Source: Eledone cirrhosa
Taxonomy: Eukaryota
Length of the DNA: 64,000 nt
Direction: 5' to 3'
Assembly (NCBI GenBank): GCA_964016885.1
Contig: OZ024740.1
Location: 137,826,001 to 137,890,000 of the forward strand
The notes under the pieces are model-generated. The model was not told the origin of the DNA and ran no database searches. It was given only the letters and a program-made list of their open reading frames with translations. A program made the translations under genes and the position numbers. Numbering within the stretch: position 1 is the stretch's first letter; the number at the start of each line of letters is the position of its first letter. Positions 38,701-51,600 of this stretch are shown piece by piece.

Positions 38701-41700
38701 CTTTCTCTTATGACTTTTCCCCCAATCTCCAATTCTCCCTTTCTGTTATCAATTTTCTCTGAATCTCCAATTCTTTCTTTCTCTTATCACTTTTCTCTCA
38801 ATCTCCAATTCTCTCTTTCTCTTATCACATTTCCCCCATCTCCAATTCTCTCTTTCTCTTATCACTTTTCTCTCAATCTCCAATTCTCTCTTTCTCTTAT
38901 CACTTTTATCTCAATCTCCAATTCTCTCTTTCTCTTATCACTTTTCTCTCAATCTCCAATTCTCTCTTTCTCTTCTCACTTTTACCCCAATCTCCAATTC
39001 TCTCTTTCTCTTATCACTTTTCCTCCAATCTCCAATTCTCTCTTTCTCTTATCAATTTTCTCTCAATCTCCAATTCTTTCTTTATCTAATCACTTTTGCC
39101 CCAATCTCCAATTCTCTCTTTCTCTTATCACTTTTCTCTTAATCTCCAATTCACTCTTTCTCTTATCACTTTTCTCTCAATCTCCAATTCCCTCTTTCTC
39201 TTATCACTTTTCTTTTTCTCTCACTCTCCAATTCTCTCTTTCTCTTATCCCTTTTCTCTCAATCTCCGATTCTCTCTTTCTTTTCTCACTTTTCCCCCAA
39301 TCTCCAATTCTCTCTTTCTCTTCACACTTTTCGCCCAATCTCCAATTCTCTCTTTCTCTTATCACCTTTCCCCCAATCTCCAATTCTCTCTTTCTCTTAT
39401 CCCTTTTCTCTCAATCTCCAATTCTCTCTTTCTTTTCTCACTTTTCCCCCAATCTCCAATTCTGTATTTCTCTACACACAAATCCCCTAATCTCCAATTC
39501 TCTCTTTCACTTATCAATTTTCTCTCAATCTCCGATTCTCTCTTTCTCTTATCACTTTTCTCTCAATCTCCAATTCTCTCAATCTCTTATCACTTTTCTC
39601 TCAATCTCCAATTCCCTCTTTCTCTTATCACATTTCTCTCAATCTGTAATTCTCTCTTTCTCTTATCACTTTTCTCTCAATCTCCAATTCGCTCTTTCTC
39701 TTATCACTTTTCTCTCAATCTCCAATTCAATCTTACTCTTATCACTTTTCCCCCCAATCTCCAATTCTCTCTTTCTCTTATCACTTTTCTCTCACTCTCC
39801 AATTCTCTCTTTCTCTTATGACTTTTCCCCCAATCTCCAATTCTCTCTTTCTCTTATCCCTTTTCTCTCAATCTCCAATTCTCTCTTTCTTTTCTCACTT
39901 TTCCCCCAATCTCCAATTCTCTCTTTCTCTTATCAATTTTCCCCCAATCTCCAATTCTCTCTTTCTCTTATCCCTTTTCTCTCAATCTCCAATTCTCTCT
40001 TTCTTTTCTCACTTTTCCCCCAATCTCCAATTCTCTATTTCTCTACACACAAATCCCCTAATCTCCAATTCTCTCTTTCACTTATCAATTTTCTCTCAAT
40101 CTCCAATTCTCTCTTTCTCTTATCACTTTTCTCTCAATCTCCAATTCTCTCAATCTCTTATCACTTTTCTCTCAATCTCCAATTCCCTCTTTCTCTTAGC
40201 ACTTTTCTCTCAATCTCTAATTCTCTCTTTCTCTTATCACTTTTCTCTCAATCTCCAATTCTCTCTTTCTCTTATCACTTTTCCGCCAAGCTCCAATTCT
40301 CTCTTTCTCTTATCAATTTTCTCTCAATCTCCAATTCTTTCTTTATCTAATCACTTTTCCCCCAATCTCCAATTCTCTCTTTCTCTTATCACTTTTCTCT
40401 CAATCTCCAATTCTCCTTTTCACTTATCACTTTTTTCTCAATCTCCAATTCTCTCTTTCTCTTATCACTTTTCTCTCAATCTCCAATTCTCTCTTTCTCT
40501 TATCACCTTTCCCCCAATCTCCAATTCTCTCTTTCTCTTATCACTTTTCTCTCAATCTCCAATTCTCTCTTTCTCTTATCACTTTTCTCTCAATCTCCAA
40601 TTCTCTCTTTCTCTTATCACTTTTCCCCCCAATCTCCAATTCTCTCTTTCTGTTATCACTTTTCTCTCACTCTCCAATTCTCTTTTTCTCTTATGACTTT
40701 TCCCCCAATCTCCAATTCTCTCTTTCTCTTATCCCTTTTCTTTCAATCTCCAACTCTCTCTTTCTTTTCTCACTTTTCCCCCAATCTCCAATTCTCTCTT
40801 TCTCTTCACACTTTTCCCCCAATCTCCAATTCTCTCTTTCTCTTATCACTTTTCCCCCAATCTCCAATTCTCTCTTTCTCTTATCCCTTTTCTCTCAATC
40901 TCCAATTCTCTCATTCTTTTCTCACTTTTCCCCCCATCTCCAATTCTCTCTTTCTCTTATCACTTTTCTCTCAATCTCCAATCCTCTCTTTCTCTTATCA
41001 CTTTTCTCTCAATCTCCAATTCTCTCTTTCTCTTATCACTTTTCCCCCCAATCTCCAATTCTCTCTTTCTCTCATCACTTTTCTCTCAATCTCCAATTCT
41101 CTCTTTCTCTTATCACTTTTCTCTCACTCTCCAATTCTCTTTTTCTCTTATGACTTTTCCCCCAATCTCCAATTCTCTCTTTCTCTTATCCCTTTTCTCT
41201 CAATCTCCAACTCTCTCTTTCTTTTCTCACTTTTCCCCCAATCTCCAATTCTCTCTTCCCCTTCACACTTTTCCCCCAATCTCCAATTCTCTCTTTCTCT
41301 TATCACTTTTCCCCCAATCTCCAATTCTCTCTTTCTCTTATCCCTTTTCTCTCAATCTCCAATTCTCTCATTCTTTTCTCACTTTTCCCCCAATCTCCAA
41401 TTCTCTATTTCTCTACACACAAATCCCCTAATCTCCAATTCTCTCTTTCACTTATCAATTTTCTCTCAATCTCCAATTCTCTCTTTCTCTTATCACTTTT
41501 CTCTCAATCTCCAATTCTCTCAATCTCTTATCACTTTTCTCTCAATCTCCAATTCCCTCTTTCTCTTATTACTTTTCTCTCAATCTCTAATTCTCTCTTT
41601 CTCTTATCACTTTTCTCTCAATCTGCAATTCTCTCTTTCTCTTATCACTTTTCCCCCAATCTCCAATTCTCTCTTTCTCTTATCACTTTTCTCTCACTCT

Positions 41701-44400
41701 CCAATTCTCTCTTTCTCTCATGACTTTTCCCCCAATCTCCAATTCTCTCTTTCTCTTATCAATTTTCTCTCTATCTCCAATTCTTTCTTTCTCTAATCAC
41801 TTTTCCCCCAATCTCCAATTCTCTCTTTCTCTTATCACTTTTCTCTCAATCTCCAATTCTCCTTTTCACTAATCACTTTTTTCTCAATCTCCAATTCTCT
41901 CTTTCTCTTATCACTTTTCTCTCAATCTCCAATTCTCTCTTTCTCTTATCACTTTTCCCCCAATCTCCAATTCTCTCTTTCTCTCATCACTTTTCGCTCA
42001 ATCTCCAATTCGCTCTTTCTCTCCTCACTTTTCTCTGAATCTCCAATTCTCTCTTTATCTTCTCACTTTTCTCTCAATCTCCAATCCTCTCTTTCTGTTC
42101 TCAGTTTACTCCCAATCTCCAATTCTCTCTTTCTCTTATCACTTTTCTCTCAATCTCCAATTCTCTCTTTCTCTTATCACTTTTCCCCCAATCTCCAATT
42201 CTCTCTTTCTATTATCACTTTTCTCTCAATCTGCAATTCTCTCCTTCTCTTATCACCTTTCCCCCAATCTCCAATTCTCTCTTTATCTTATCACTTTTCT
42301 CTCAATCTCCAATTCTCTCTTACTCCTCTCACTTTTCCCCCGATCTCCAATTCTATCTTTCTCTTCTCACTTTTCCCCCAATCTCCAATTCTCTCTTTCT
42401 CTCATCACTTTTCTCTCAATCTCCAATTCTCTCTTTCTCTTATCACTTTTCTCTCAATCTCCAATTCTCTCTTTCTCTTATCACATTTCCCCCATCTCCA
42501 ATTCTCTCTTTCTCAAATCACTTTTTCTCTCAATCTCCTATTCTCTATTTCTCTTATCACTTTTATCTAAATCTCCAATTCCCTCTTTCTCTTATCACTT
42601 TTCTCTCAATCTCTAATTATCTCTTTCTCTTATCACTTTTCTCTCAATCTCTAATTCTCTCTTTCTCTTATCACTTTTCTCTCAATCTCCAATTCAATCT
42701 TACTCTTATCACTTTTCCCCCCAATCTCCAATTCTCTCTTTCTCTTATCACTTTTCTCTCACTCTCCAATTCTCTCTTACTCTTATCACTTTTTCTCTCA
42801 ATCTCCTATTCTCTCTTTCTCTTATCACTTTTCTCTCAATCTCCAATTCCCTCTTTCTCTTATCAGTTTTCTCTCAATCTCTAATTATCTCTTTCTCTTA
42901 TCACTTTTCTCTCAATCTCTAATTCTCTCTTTCTCTTATCACTTTTCTCTCAATCTCCAATTCAATCTTACTCTTATCACTTTTCCCCCCAATCTCCAAT
43001 TCTCTCTTTCTCTTATCACTTTTCTCTCAATCTCCAATTCCCTCTTTCTTTTATCACTTTTCTCTCAATCTCTAATTATCTCTTTCTCTTATCACTTTTC
43101 TCTCAATCTCTAATTCTCTCTTTCTCTTATCACTTTTCTCTCAATCTCCAATTCAATCTTACTCTTATCACTTTTCCCCCAATCTCCAATTCTCTCAATC
43201 TCTTATCACTTTTCTCTCAATCTCCAATTCCCTCTTTCTCTTATCACTTTTCTCTCAATCTCTAATTCTCTCTTTCTCTTATCACTTTTCTCTCAATCTC
43301 CAATTCTCTCTTTCTCTTATCACTTTTCTCTCAATCTCCAATCCTCTCTTTCTGTTCTCAGTTTACTCCCAATCTCCAATTCTCTCTTTCTCTTGTCACT
43401 TTTCTCTCAATCTCCAATTCTCTCTTTCTCTTATCACTTTTCCCCCAATCTCCAATTCTCTCTTTCTATTATCACTTTTCTCTCAATCTCCAATTCTCTC
43501 TTTCTCTTATCACCTTTCCCCCAATCTCCAATTCTCTCTTTCTCTTATCACTTTTCTCTCAATCTCCAATTCTCTCTTTCTCTTATGACTTTTCCCCCAA
43601 TCTCCAATTCTCTCTTTTTGTTATCAATTTTCTCTGAATCTCCAATTCTTTCTTTCTCTTATCACTTTTCTCTCAATCTCCAATTCTCTCTTTCTCTTAT
43701 CACATTTCCCCCATCTCCAATTCTCTCTTTCTCTTATCACTTTTCTCTCAATCTCCAATTCTCTCTTTCTCTTATCACTTTTATCTCAATTTCCAATTCT
43801 CTCTTTCTCTTATCACTTTTCTCTCAATCTCCAATTCTCTCTTTCTCTTCTCACTTTTACCCCAATCTCCAATTCTCTCTTTCTCTTATCACTTTTCCTC
43901 CAATTTCCAATTCTCTCTTTCTCTTATCAATTTTCTCTCAATCTCCAATTCTTTCTTTATCTAATCACTTTTGCCCCAATCTCCAATTCTCTCTTTCTCT
44001 TATCACTTTTCTCTTAATCTCCAATTCACTCTTTCTCTTATCACTTTTCTCTCAATCTCCAATTCCCTCTTTCTCTTATCACTTTTCTTTTTCTCTCACT
44101 CTCCAATTCTCTCTTTCTCTTATCCCTTTTCTCTCAATCTCCGATTCTCTCTTTCTTTTCTCACTTTTCCCCCAATCTCCAATTCTCTCTTTCTCTTCAC
44201 ACTTTTCGCCCAATCTCCAATTCTCTCTTTCTCTTATCACCTTTCCCCCAATCTCCAATTCTCTCTTTCTCTTATCCCTTTTCTCTCAATCTCCAATTCT
44301 CTCTTTCTTTTCTCACTTTTCCCCCAATCTCCAATTCTGTATTTCTCTACACACAAATCCCCTAATCTCCAATTCTCTCTTTCACTTATCAATTTTCGCT
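33400..44400. repeat. ~6.6-6.7 kb higher-order duplication (~33.4-37.7 kb matches ~40.0-44.4 kb)
   Basis: ORF pairs 34063/40693 and 34520/41150 are offset 6630, and 36688/43393 and 37266/43971 are offset 6705. A TTCAATCTTACTC triplet at 35987/36255/36446 is repeated at 42693/42961/43152. Confidence 0.88.
36600..40250. repeat. 1830-bp (48-monomer) tandem duplication, two copies
   Basis: ORFs 37266/39096 are identical, and 37988/39818 share their N-terminal ~130 aa; both pairs are offset by 1830. The 36688 ORF repeats internally. Confidence 0.92.
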
Positions 44401-47400
44401 CAATCTCAGATTCTCTCTTTCTCAATTCACTTTTCTCTCAATCTCCAATTCTCTCTTTCTCTTATCACTTTTCCCCCAATCTCCAATTCTCTCTTTCTAT
44501 TATCACTTTTCTCCCAATCTCCAATTCTCTCTTTCTCTTATCACCTTTCCCCCAATCTCCAATTCTCTCTTACTCTTATCACTTTTCTCTCAATCTCCAA
44601 TTCTCTCTTTCTCTTATGACTTTTCCCCCAATCTCCAATTCTCTCTTTCTGTTATCAATTTTCTCTCAATCTCCAATTCTTTCTTTCTCTTATCACTTTT
44701 CTCTCAATCTCCAATTCTCTCTTTCTCTTATCACTTTTCCGCCAAGCTCCAATTCTCTCTTTCTCTTATCAATTTTCTCTCAATCTCCAATTCTTTCTTT
44801 ATCTAATCACTTTTCCCCCAATCTCCAATTCTCTCTTTCTCTTATCACTTTTCTCTCAATCTCCAATTCTCCTTTTCACTTATCACTTTTTTCTCAATCT
44901 CCAATTCTCTCTTTCTCTTATCACTTTTCTCTCAATCTCCAATTCTCTCTTTCTCTTATCACCTTTCCCCCAATCTCCAATTCTCTCTTTCTATTATCAC
45001 TTTTCTCCCAATCTCCAATTCTCTCTTTCTCTTATCACCTTTCCCCCAATCTCCAATTCTCTCTTACTCTTATCACTTTTCTCTCAATCTCCAATTCTCT
45101 CTTTCTCTTATGACTTTTCCCCCAATCTCCAATTCTCTCTTTCTGTTATCAATTTTCTCTCAATCTCCAATTCTTTCTTTCTCTTATCACTTTTCTCTCA
45201 ATCTCCAATTCTCTCTTTCTCTTATCACTTTTCTCTCAATCTCTAATTCTCTCTTTCTCTTATCACTTTTCTCTCAATCTCCAATTCAATCTTACTCTTA
45301 TCACTTTTCCCCCCAATCTCCAATTCTCTCTTTCTCTTATCACTTTTCTCTCACTCTCCAATTCTCTCTTTCTCTTATGACTTTTCCCCCAATCTCCAAT
45401 TCTCTCTTTCTCTTATCCCTTTTCTCTCAATCTCCAATTCTCTCTTTCTTTTCTCACTTTTCCCCCAATCTCCAATTCTCTCTTTCTCTTATCACTTTTC
45501 CCCCAATCTCCAATACTCTCTTTCTCTTATCCCTTTTCTCTCAATCTCCAATTCTCTCTTTCTTTTCTCACTTTTCCCCCAATCTCCAATTCTCTATTTC
45601 TCTACACACAAATCCCCTAATCTTCAATTCTCTCTTTCACTTATCAATTTTCTCTCAATCTCCAATTCTCTCTTTCTCTTATCACTTTTCTCTCAATCTC
45701 CAATTCTCTCAATCTCCAATTCCCTCTTTCTCTTAGCACTTTTCTCTCAATCTCTAATTCTCTCTTTCTCTTATCACTTTTCTCTCAATCTCCAATTCTC
45801 TCTTTCTCTTATCACTTTTCCGCCAAGCTCCAATTCTCTCTTTCTCTTATCAATTTTCTCTCAATCTCCAATTCTTTCTTTATCTAATCACTTTTCCCCC
45901 AATCTCCAATTCTCTCTTTCTCTTATCACTTTTCTCTCAATCTCCAATTCTCCTTTTCACTTATCACTTTTTTCTCAATCTCCAATTCTCTCTTTCTCTT
46001 ATCACTTTTCTCTCAATCTCCAATTCTCTCTTTCTCTTATCACCTTTCCCCCAATCTCCAATTCTCTCTTTCTCTTATCACTTTTCTCTCAATCTCCAAT
46101 TCTCTCTTTCTCTTATCACTTTTCCCCCATCTCCAATTCTCTCTTTCTCTTATCACTTTTCTCTCAATCTCCAATTCTCTCTTTCTCTTATCACTTTTCT
46201 CTCAATCTCCAATTCTCTCTTTCTCTTATCACTTTTCCCCCCAATCTCCAATTCTCTCTTTCTGTTATCACTTTTCTCTCACTCTCCAATTCTCTTTTTC
46301 TCTTATGACTTTTCCCCCAATCTCCAATTCTCTCTTTCTCTTATCCCTTTTCTCTCAATCTCCAACTCTCTCTTTCTTTTCTCACTTTTCCCCCAATCTC
46401 CAATTCTCTCTGTCTCTTCACACTTTTCCCCCAATCTCCAATTCTCTCTTTCTCTTATCACTTTTCCCCCAATCTCCAATTCTCTCTTTCTCTTATCCCT
46501 TTTCTCTCAATCTCCAATTCTCTCATTCTTTTCTCACTTTTCCCCCAATCTCCAATTCTCTATTTCTCTACACACAAATCCCCTAATCTCCAATTCTCTC
46601 TTTCACTTATCAATTTTCTCTCAATCTCCAATTCTCTCTTTCTCTTATCACTTTTCTCTCAATCTCCAATTCTCTCAATCTCTTATCACTTTTCTCTCAA
46701 TCTCCAATTCCCTCTTTCTCTTATTACTTTTCTCTCAATCTCTAATTCTCTCTTTCTCTTATCACTTTTCTCTCAATCTGCAATTCTCTCTTTCTCTTAT
46801 GACTTTTCCCCCAATCTCCAATTCTCTCTTTCTCTTATCAATTTTCTCTCTATCTCCAATTCTTTCTTTCTCTAATCACTTTTCCCCCAATCTCCAATTC
46901 TCTCTTTCTCTTATCACTTTTCTCTCAATCTCCAATTCTCCTTTTCACTTATCACTTTTTTCTCAATCTCCAATTCTCTCTTTCTCTTATCACTTTTCTC
47001 TGAATCTCCAATTCTCTCTTTATCTTCTCACTTTTCTCTCAATCTCCAATCCTCTCTTTCTGTTTCTCAGTTTACTCCCAATCTCCAATTCTCTCTTTCT
47101 CTTATCACTTTTCTCTCAATCTCCAATTCTCTCTTTCTCTTATCACTTTTCCCCCAATCTCCAATTCTCTCTTTCTATTATCACTTTTCTCTCAATCTGC
47201 AATTCTCTCCTTCTCTTATCACCTTTCCCCCAATCTCCAATTCTCTCTTTCTCTTATCACTTTTCTCTCAATCTCCAATTCTCTCTTACTCTTCTCACTT
47301 TTCCCCCGATCTCCAATTCTATCTTTCTCTTCTCACTTTTCCCCCAATCTCCAATTCTCTCTTTCTCTCATCACTTTTCTCTCAATCTCCAATTCTCTCT

Positions 47401-50400
47401 TTCTCTTATCACTTTTCTCTCAATCTCCAATTCTCTCTTTCTCTTATCACATTTCCCCCATCTCCAATTCTCTCTTTCTCATATCACTTTTCTCTCAATC
47501 TCCAATTCTCTCTTTCTCAAATCACTTTTTCTCTCAATCTCCTATTCTCTCTTTCTCTTATCACTTTTCTCTCAATCTCCAATTCCCTCTTTCTCTTATC
47601 ACTTTTCTCTCAATCTCTAATTATCTCTTTCTCTTATCACTTTTCTCTCAATCTCTAATTCTCTCTTTCTCTTATCACTTTTCTCTCAATCTCCAATTCA
47701 ATCTTACTCTTATCACTTTTCCCCCCAATCTCCAATTCTCTCTTTCTCTTATCACTTTTCTCTCACTCTCCAATTCTCTCTTTCTCTTATGACTTTTCCC
47801 CCTATCTCCAATTCTCTCTTTCTCTTATCCCTTTTCTCTCAATCTCCAATTCTCTCTTTCTTTTCTCACTTTTTCCCCAATCTCCAATTCTCTCTTTCTC
47901 TTATCACTTTTCCCCCAATCTCCAATTCTCTCTTTCTCTTATCCCTTTTCTCTCAATCTCCAATTCTCTCTTTCTTTTCTCACTTTTCCCCCAATCTCCA
48001 ATTCTCTATTTCTCTACACACAAATCCCCTAATCTCCAATTCTCTCTTTCACTTATCAATTTTCTCTCAATCTCCAATTCTCTCTTTCTCTTATCACTTT
48101 TCTCTCAATCTCCAATTCTCTATATCTCTTATCACTTTTCTCTCAATCTCCAATTCCCTCTTTCTCTTAGCACTTTTCTCTCAATCTCTAATTCTCTCTT
48201 TCTCTTATCACTTTTCTCTCAATCTCCAATTCTCTCTTTCTCTTATCACTTTTCCCCCAATCTCCAATTCTGTCTTTCTCTTATCACTTTTCTCTCAATC
48301 TACAATTCTCTCTTTCTCTTATCACTTTTCCCCCAATCTCCAATTCTCTCTTTCTCTTATCACTTTTCTCTCACTCTCCAATTCTCTATTTCTCTTATGA
48401 CTTTTCCCCCAATCCCCAATTCCCTCTTTCTATTATCAATTTTCTCTCAATCTCCAATTCTTTCTTTCTCTAATCACTTTTCCCCCAATCTCCAATTCTC
48501 TCTCTTTCTCTTATCACTTTTCTCTCAATCTCCAATTCTCTCTTTCTCTTATCACTTTTCCCCCAATCTCCAATTCTCTCTTTCTCTTCTCACTTATCTC
48601 TGAATCTCCAATTCTCTCTTTATCTTCTCACTTTTCTCTCAATCTCCAATCTTCTCTTTCTGTTCTAAATTTACCCCCAATCTCCACATCTCTCTTTCTC
48701 TCATCCCTTTTCTCTCAATCTCCAATTCGCTCTTTCTCTTATCACTTTTCTCTCAATCTCCAATTCTCTCTTTCTCTTATCACTTTTCCCCCATCTCCAA
48801 TTCTCTCTTTCTCTTATCACTTTTCTCTCAATCTCCAACTCTCTCTTTCTCTTATCACTTTTCTCTCAATCTCCAATTCTCTCTTTATCTTCTCACTTTT
48901 CTCTCAATCTCCAATCCTCTCTTTCTGTTCTCAGTTTACCGCCAATCTCCATTTCTCTCTTTCTCTCATCACTTTTCTCTAATCTACAATTCTCTCTTTC
49001 TCTTATCACTTTTCTCTCAATCTCCAATATTCTCTCTTTCTCTTATCACTTTTCTCTCACTCTCCAATTCTCTCTTTCTCTTATCCCTTTTCCCCCAATC
49101 TCCAATTCTCTCTTTCTCTTATCAATTTTCTCTCAATCTCCAATTCTTTCTTTCTCTAATCACTTTTCCCCCAATCTCCAATTCTCTCTTTCTCTTATCA
49201 CTTTTCTCTCAATCTCCAATTCTCCTTTTCACTTATCACTTTTTTCTCAATCTCCAATTCTCTCTTTCTCTTATCACTTTTCTCTCAATCTCCAATTCTC
49301 TCTTTCTCTTATCACTTTTCTCTCAATCTCCAATATTCTCTCTTTCTCTTATCACTTTTCTCTCACTCTCCAATTCTCTCTTTCTCTTATCCCTTTTCCC
49401 CCAATCTCCAATTCTCTCTTACTCTTATCACTTTTCCCCAATTTCCAATTCTCTCTTTCTATTATCACTTTTCTCTCAATCTCCAATTCTCTTTTTCTCT
49501 TATCACCTTTCCCCCAATCTCCAATTCTCTCTTTCTCTTATCACTTTTCTCTCAATCTCCAATTCTCTCTTTCTTTTATGACTTTTCCCCCAATCTCCAA
49601 TTCTCTCTTTCTGTTATCAATTTTCTCTCAATCTCCAATTCTCTCTTTATCTTCTCACTTTTCTCTCAATCTCCAATTCTCTCTTTCTCTTATCACTTTT
49701 CTCTCCATCTCCAATTCTCTCTTTCTCTTATCACTTTTCTTTCAATCTCCAAATCTCTCTTTCTCTTATCACTTTTCTATCAATCTCCAATTCTCTCATT
49801 CTCTTATCACTTTTCTCTCAATCTCCAATTCTCTCTTTCTCTTCTCACATTTCCCCCAATCTCCAATTCTCTCTTTCTATTCTCACATTTCCCCCAATCT
49901 CCAATTCTCTCTTTCTCTCATCACTTTTCTCTCAATCTCCAATTCTCTCTTTCTCTCCTCACTTTTCTCTGAATCTCCAATTCTCTCTTTATCTTCTCAC
50001 TTTTCTCTCAATCTCCAATCCTCTCTTTCTGTTCTCAGTTTACTCCCAATCTCCAATTCTCTCTTTCTCTTATCACTTTTCTCTCAATCTGCAATTCTCT
50101 CTTACTCTTATCACTTTTCCCCAATCTCCAATTCTCTCTTTCTATTATCACTTTTCTCTCAATCTCCAATTCTCTCTTTCTCTTATCACCTTTCCCCCAA
50201 TCTCCAATTCTCTCTTTCTCTTATCACTTTTCTCTCAATCTCCAATTCTCTCTTTCTTTTATGACTTTTCCCCCAATCTCCAATTCTCTCTTTCTGTAAT
50301 CAATTTTCTCTCAATCTCCAATTCTCTCTTTATCTTCTCACTTTTTTCTCAATCTCCAATTCTCTCTTTCTCTCATCACTTTTCTCTCCATCTCCAATTC

Positions 50401-50459
50401 TCTCTTTCTCTTATCACTTTTCTCTCAATCTCCATATCTCTCTTTCTCTTCTCACTTTT

Positions 50460-51600
50460 CCCCCAATCTCCAATTCTCTCTTTCTCTTCTCACTTTTCCC
50501 CCAATCTCCAATTCTCTCTTTCTCTCATCAATTTTCTCTCAATCTCCAATTCTCTCTTTCTCTTATCACTTTTCCCCCATCTCCAATTCTCTCTTTCTCT
50601 TATCACTTTTCTCTCAATCTCCAATTCTCTCTTTCTCTTATCACTTTTCTCTCAATCTCCAATTCTCTCTTTCTCAAATCACTTTTCTCTCAATCTCCTA
50701 TTCTCTCTTTCTCTTATCACTTTTCACTCAATCTCCCATTCCCTCTTTCTCTTATCACTTTTCTCTCAATCTCTAATTCTCTCTTTCTCTTATCACTTTT
50801 CTCTCAATCTCCAATTCTCTCTTTCTCTTATCACTTTTCTCTGAATCTCCAATTCTCTCTTTATCTTCTCACTTTTCTCTCAATCTACAATCTTCTCTTT
50901 CTGTTCTCAGTTTACCCCCAATCTCCAATTCTCTCTTTCTCTCATCCCTTTTCTCTCAATCTCCAATTCGCTCTTTCTCTTATCACTTTTCTCTCAATCT
51001 CCAATTCTCTCTTTCTCTTATCACTTTTCTCTCAATATCCAATTCTCTCTTTCTCTTATCACTTTTCCCCCAATCTCCAATTCTCTCTTTCTCTTATCAC
51101 TTTTCCCCCAATCTCCAATTCTCTCTTTCTCTTCTCACTTTTCCCCCAATCTCCAATTCTCTCTTTCTCTCATCAATTTTCTCTCAATCTCCAATTCTCT
51201 CTTTCTCTTATCACTTTTCCCCCATCTCCAATTCTCTCTTTCTCTTATCACTTTTCTCTCAATCTCCAATTCTCTCTTTCTCTTATCACTTTTCTCTCAA
51301 TCTCCAATTCTCTCTTTCTCAAATCACTTTTCTCTCAATCTCCTATTCTCTCTTTCTCTTATCACTTTTCACTCAATCTCCCATTCCCTCTTTCTCTTAT
51401 CACTTTTCTCTCAATCTCTAATTCTCTCTTTCTCTTATCACTTTTCTCTCAATCTCCAATTCTCTCTTTCTCTTATCACTTTTCTCTGAATCTCCAATTC
51501 TCTCTTTATCTTCTCACTTTTCTCTCAATCTACAATCTTCTCTTTCTGTTCTCAGTTTACCCCCAATCTCCAATTCTCTCTTTCTCTTATCACTTTTCTC
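50460..51600. repeat. Local duplication with a 645-bp offset (17 monomers), itself copied at ~54.5-55.6 kb and ~62.0-63.1 kb
   Basis: The marker CACTCAATCTCCCATTCCC occurs at 50725/51370, 54752/55397 and 62244/62889. Confidence 0.88.

Noticed and set aside
44237-44425. 62-aa - strand ORF rich in R/E/K
   Set aside because: It is a chance run of monomers in which the TGATAA stops are mutated or out of frame, and it is just the reverse-complement translation of the satellite.
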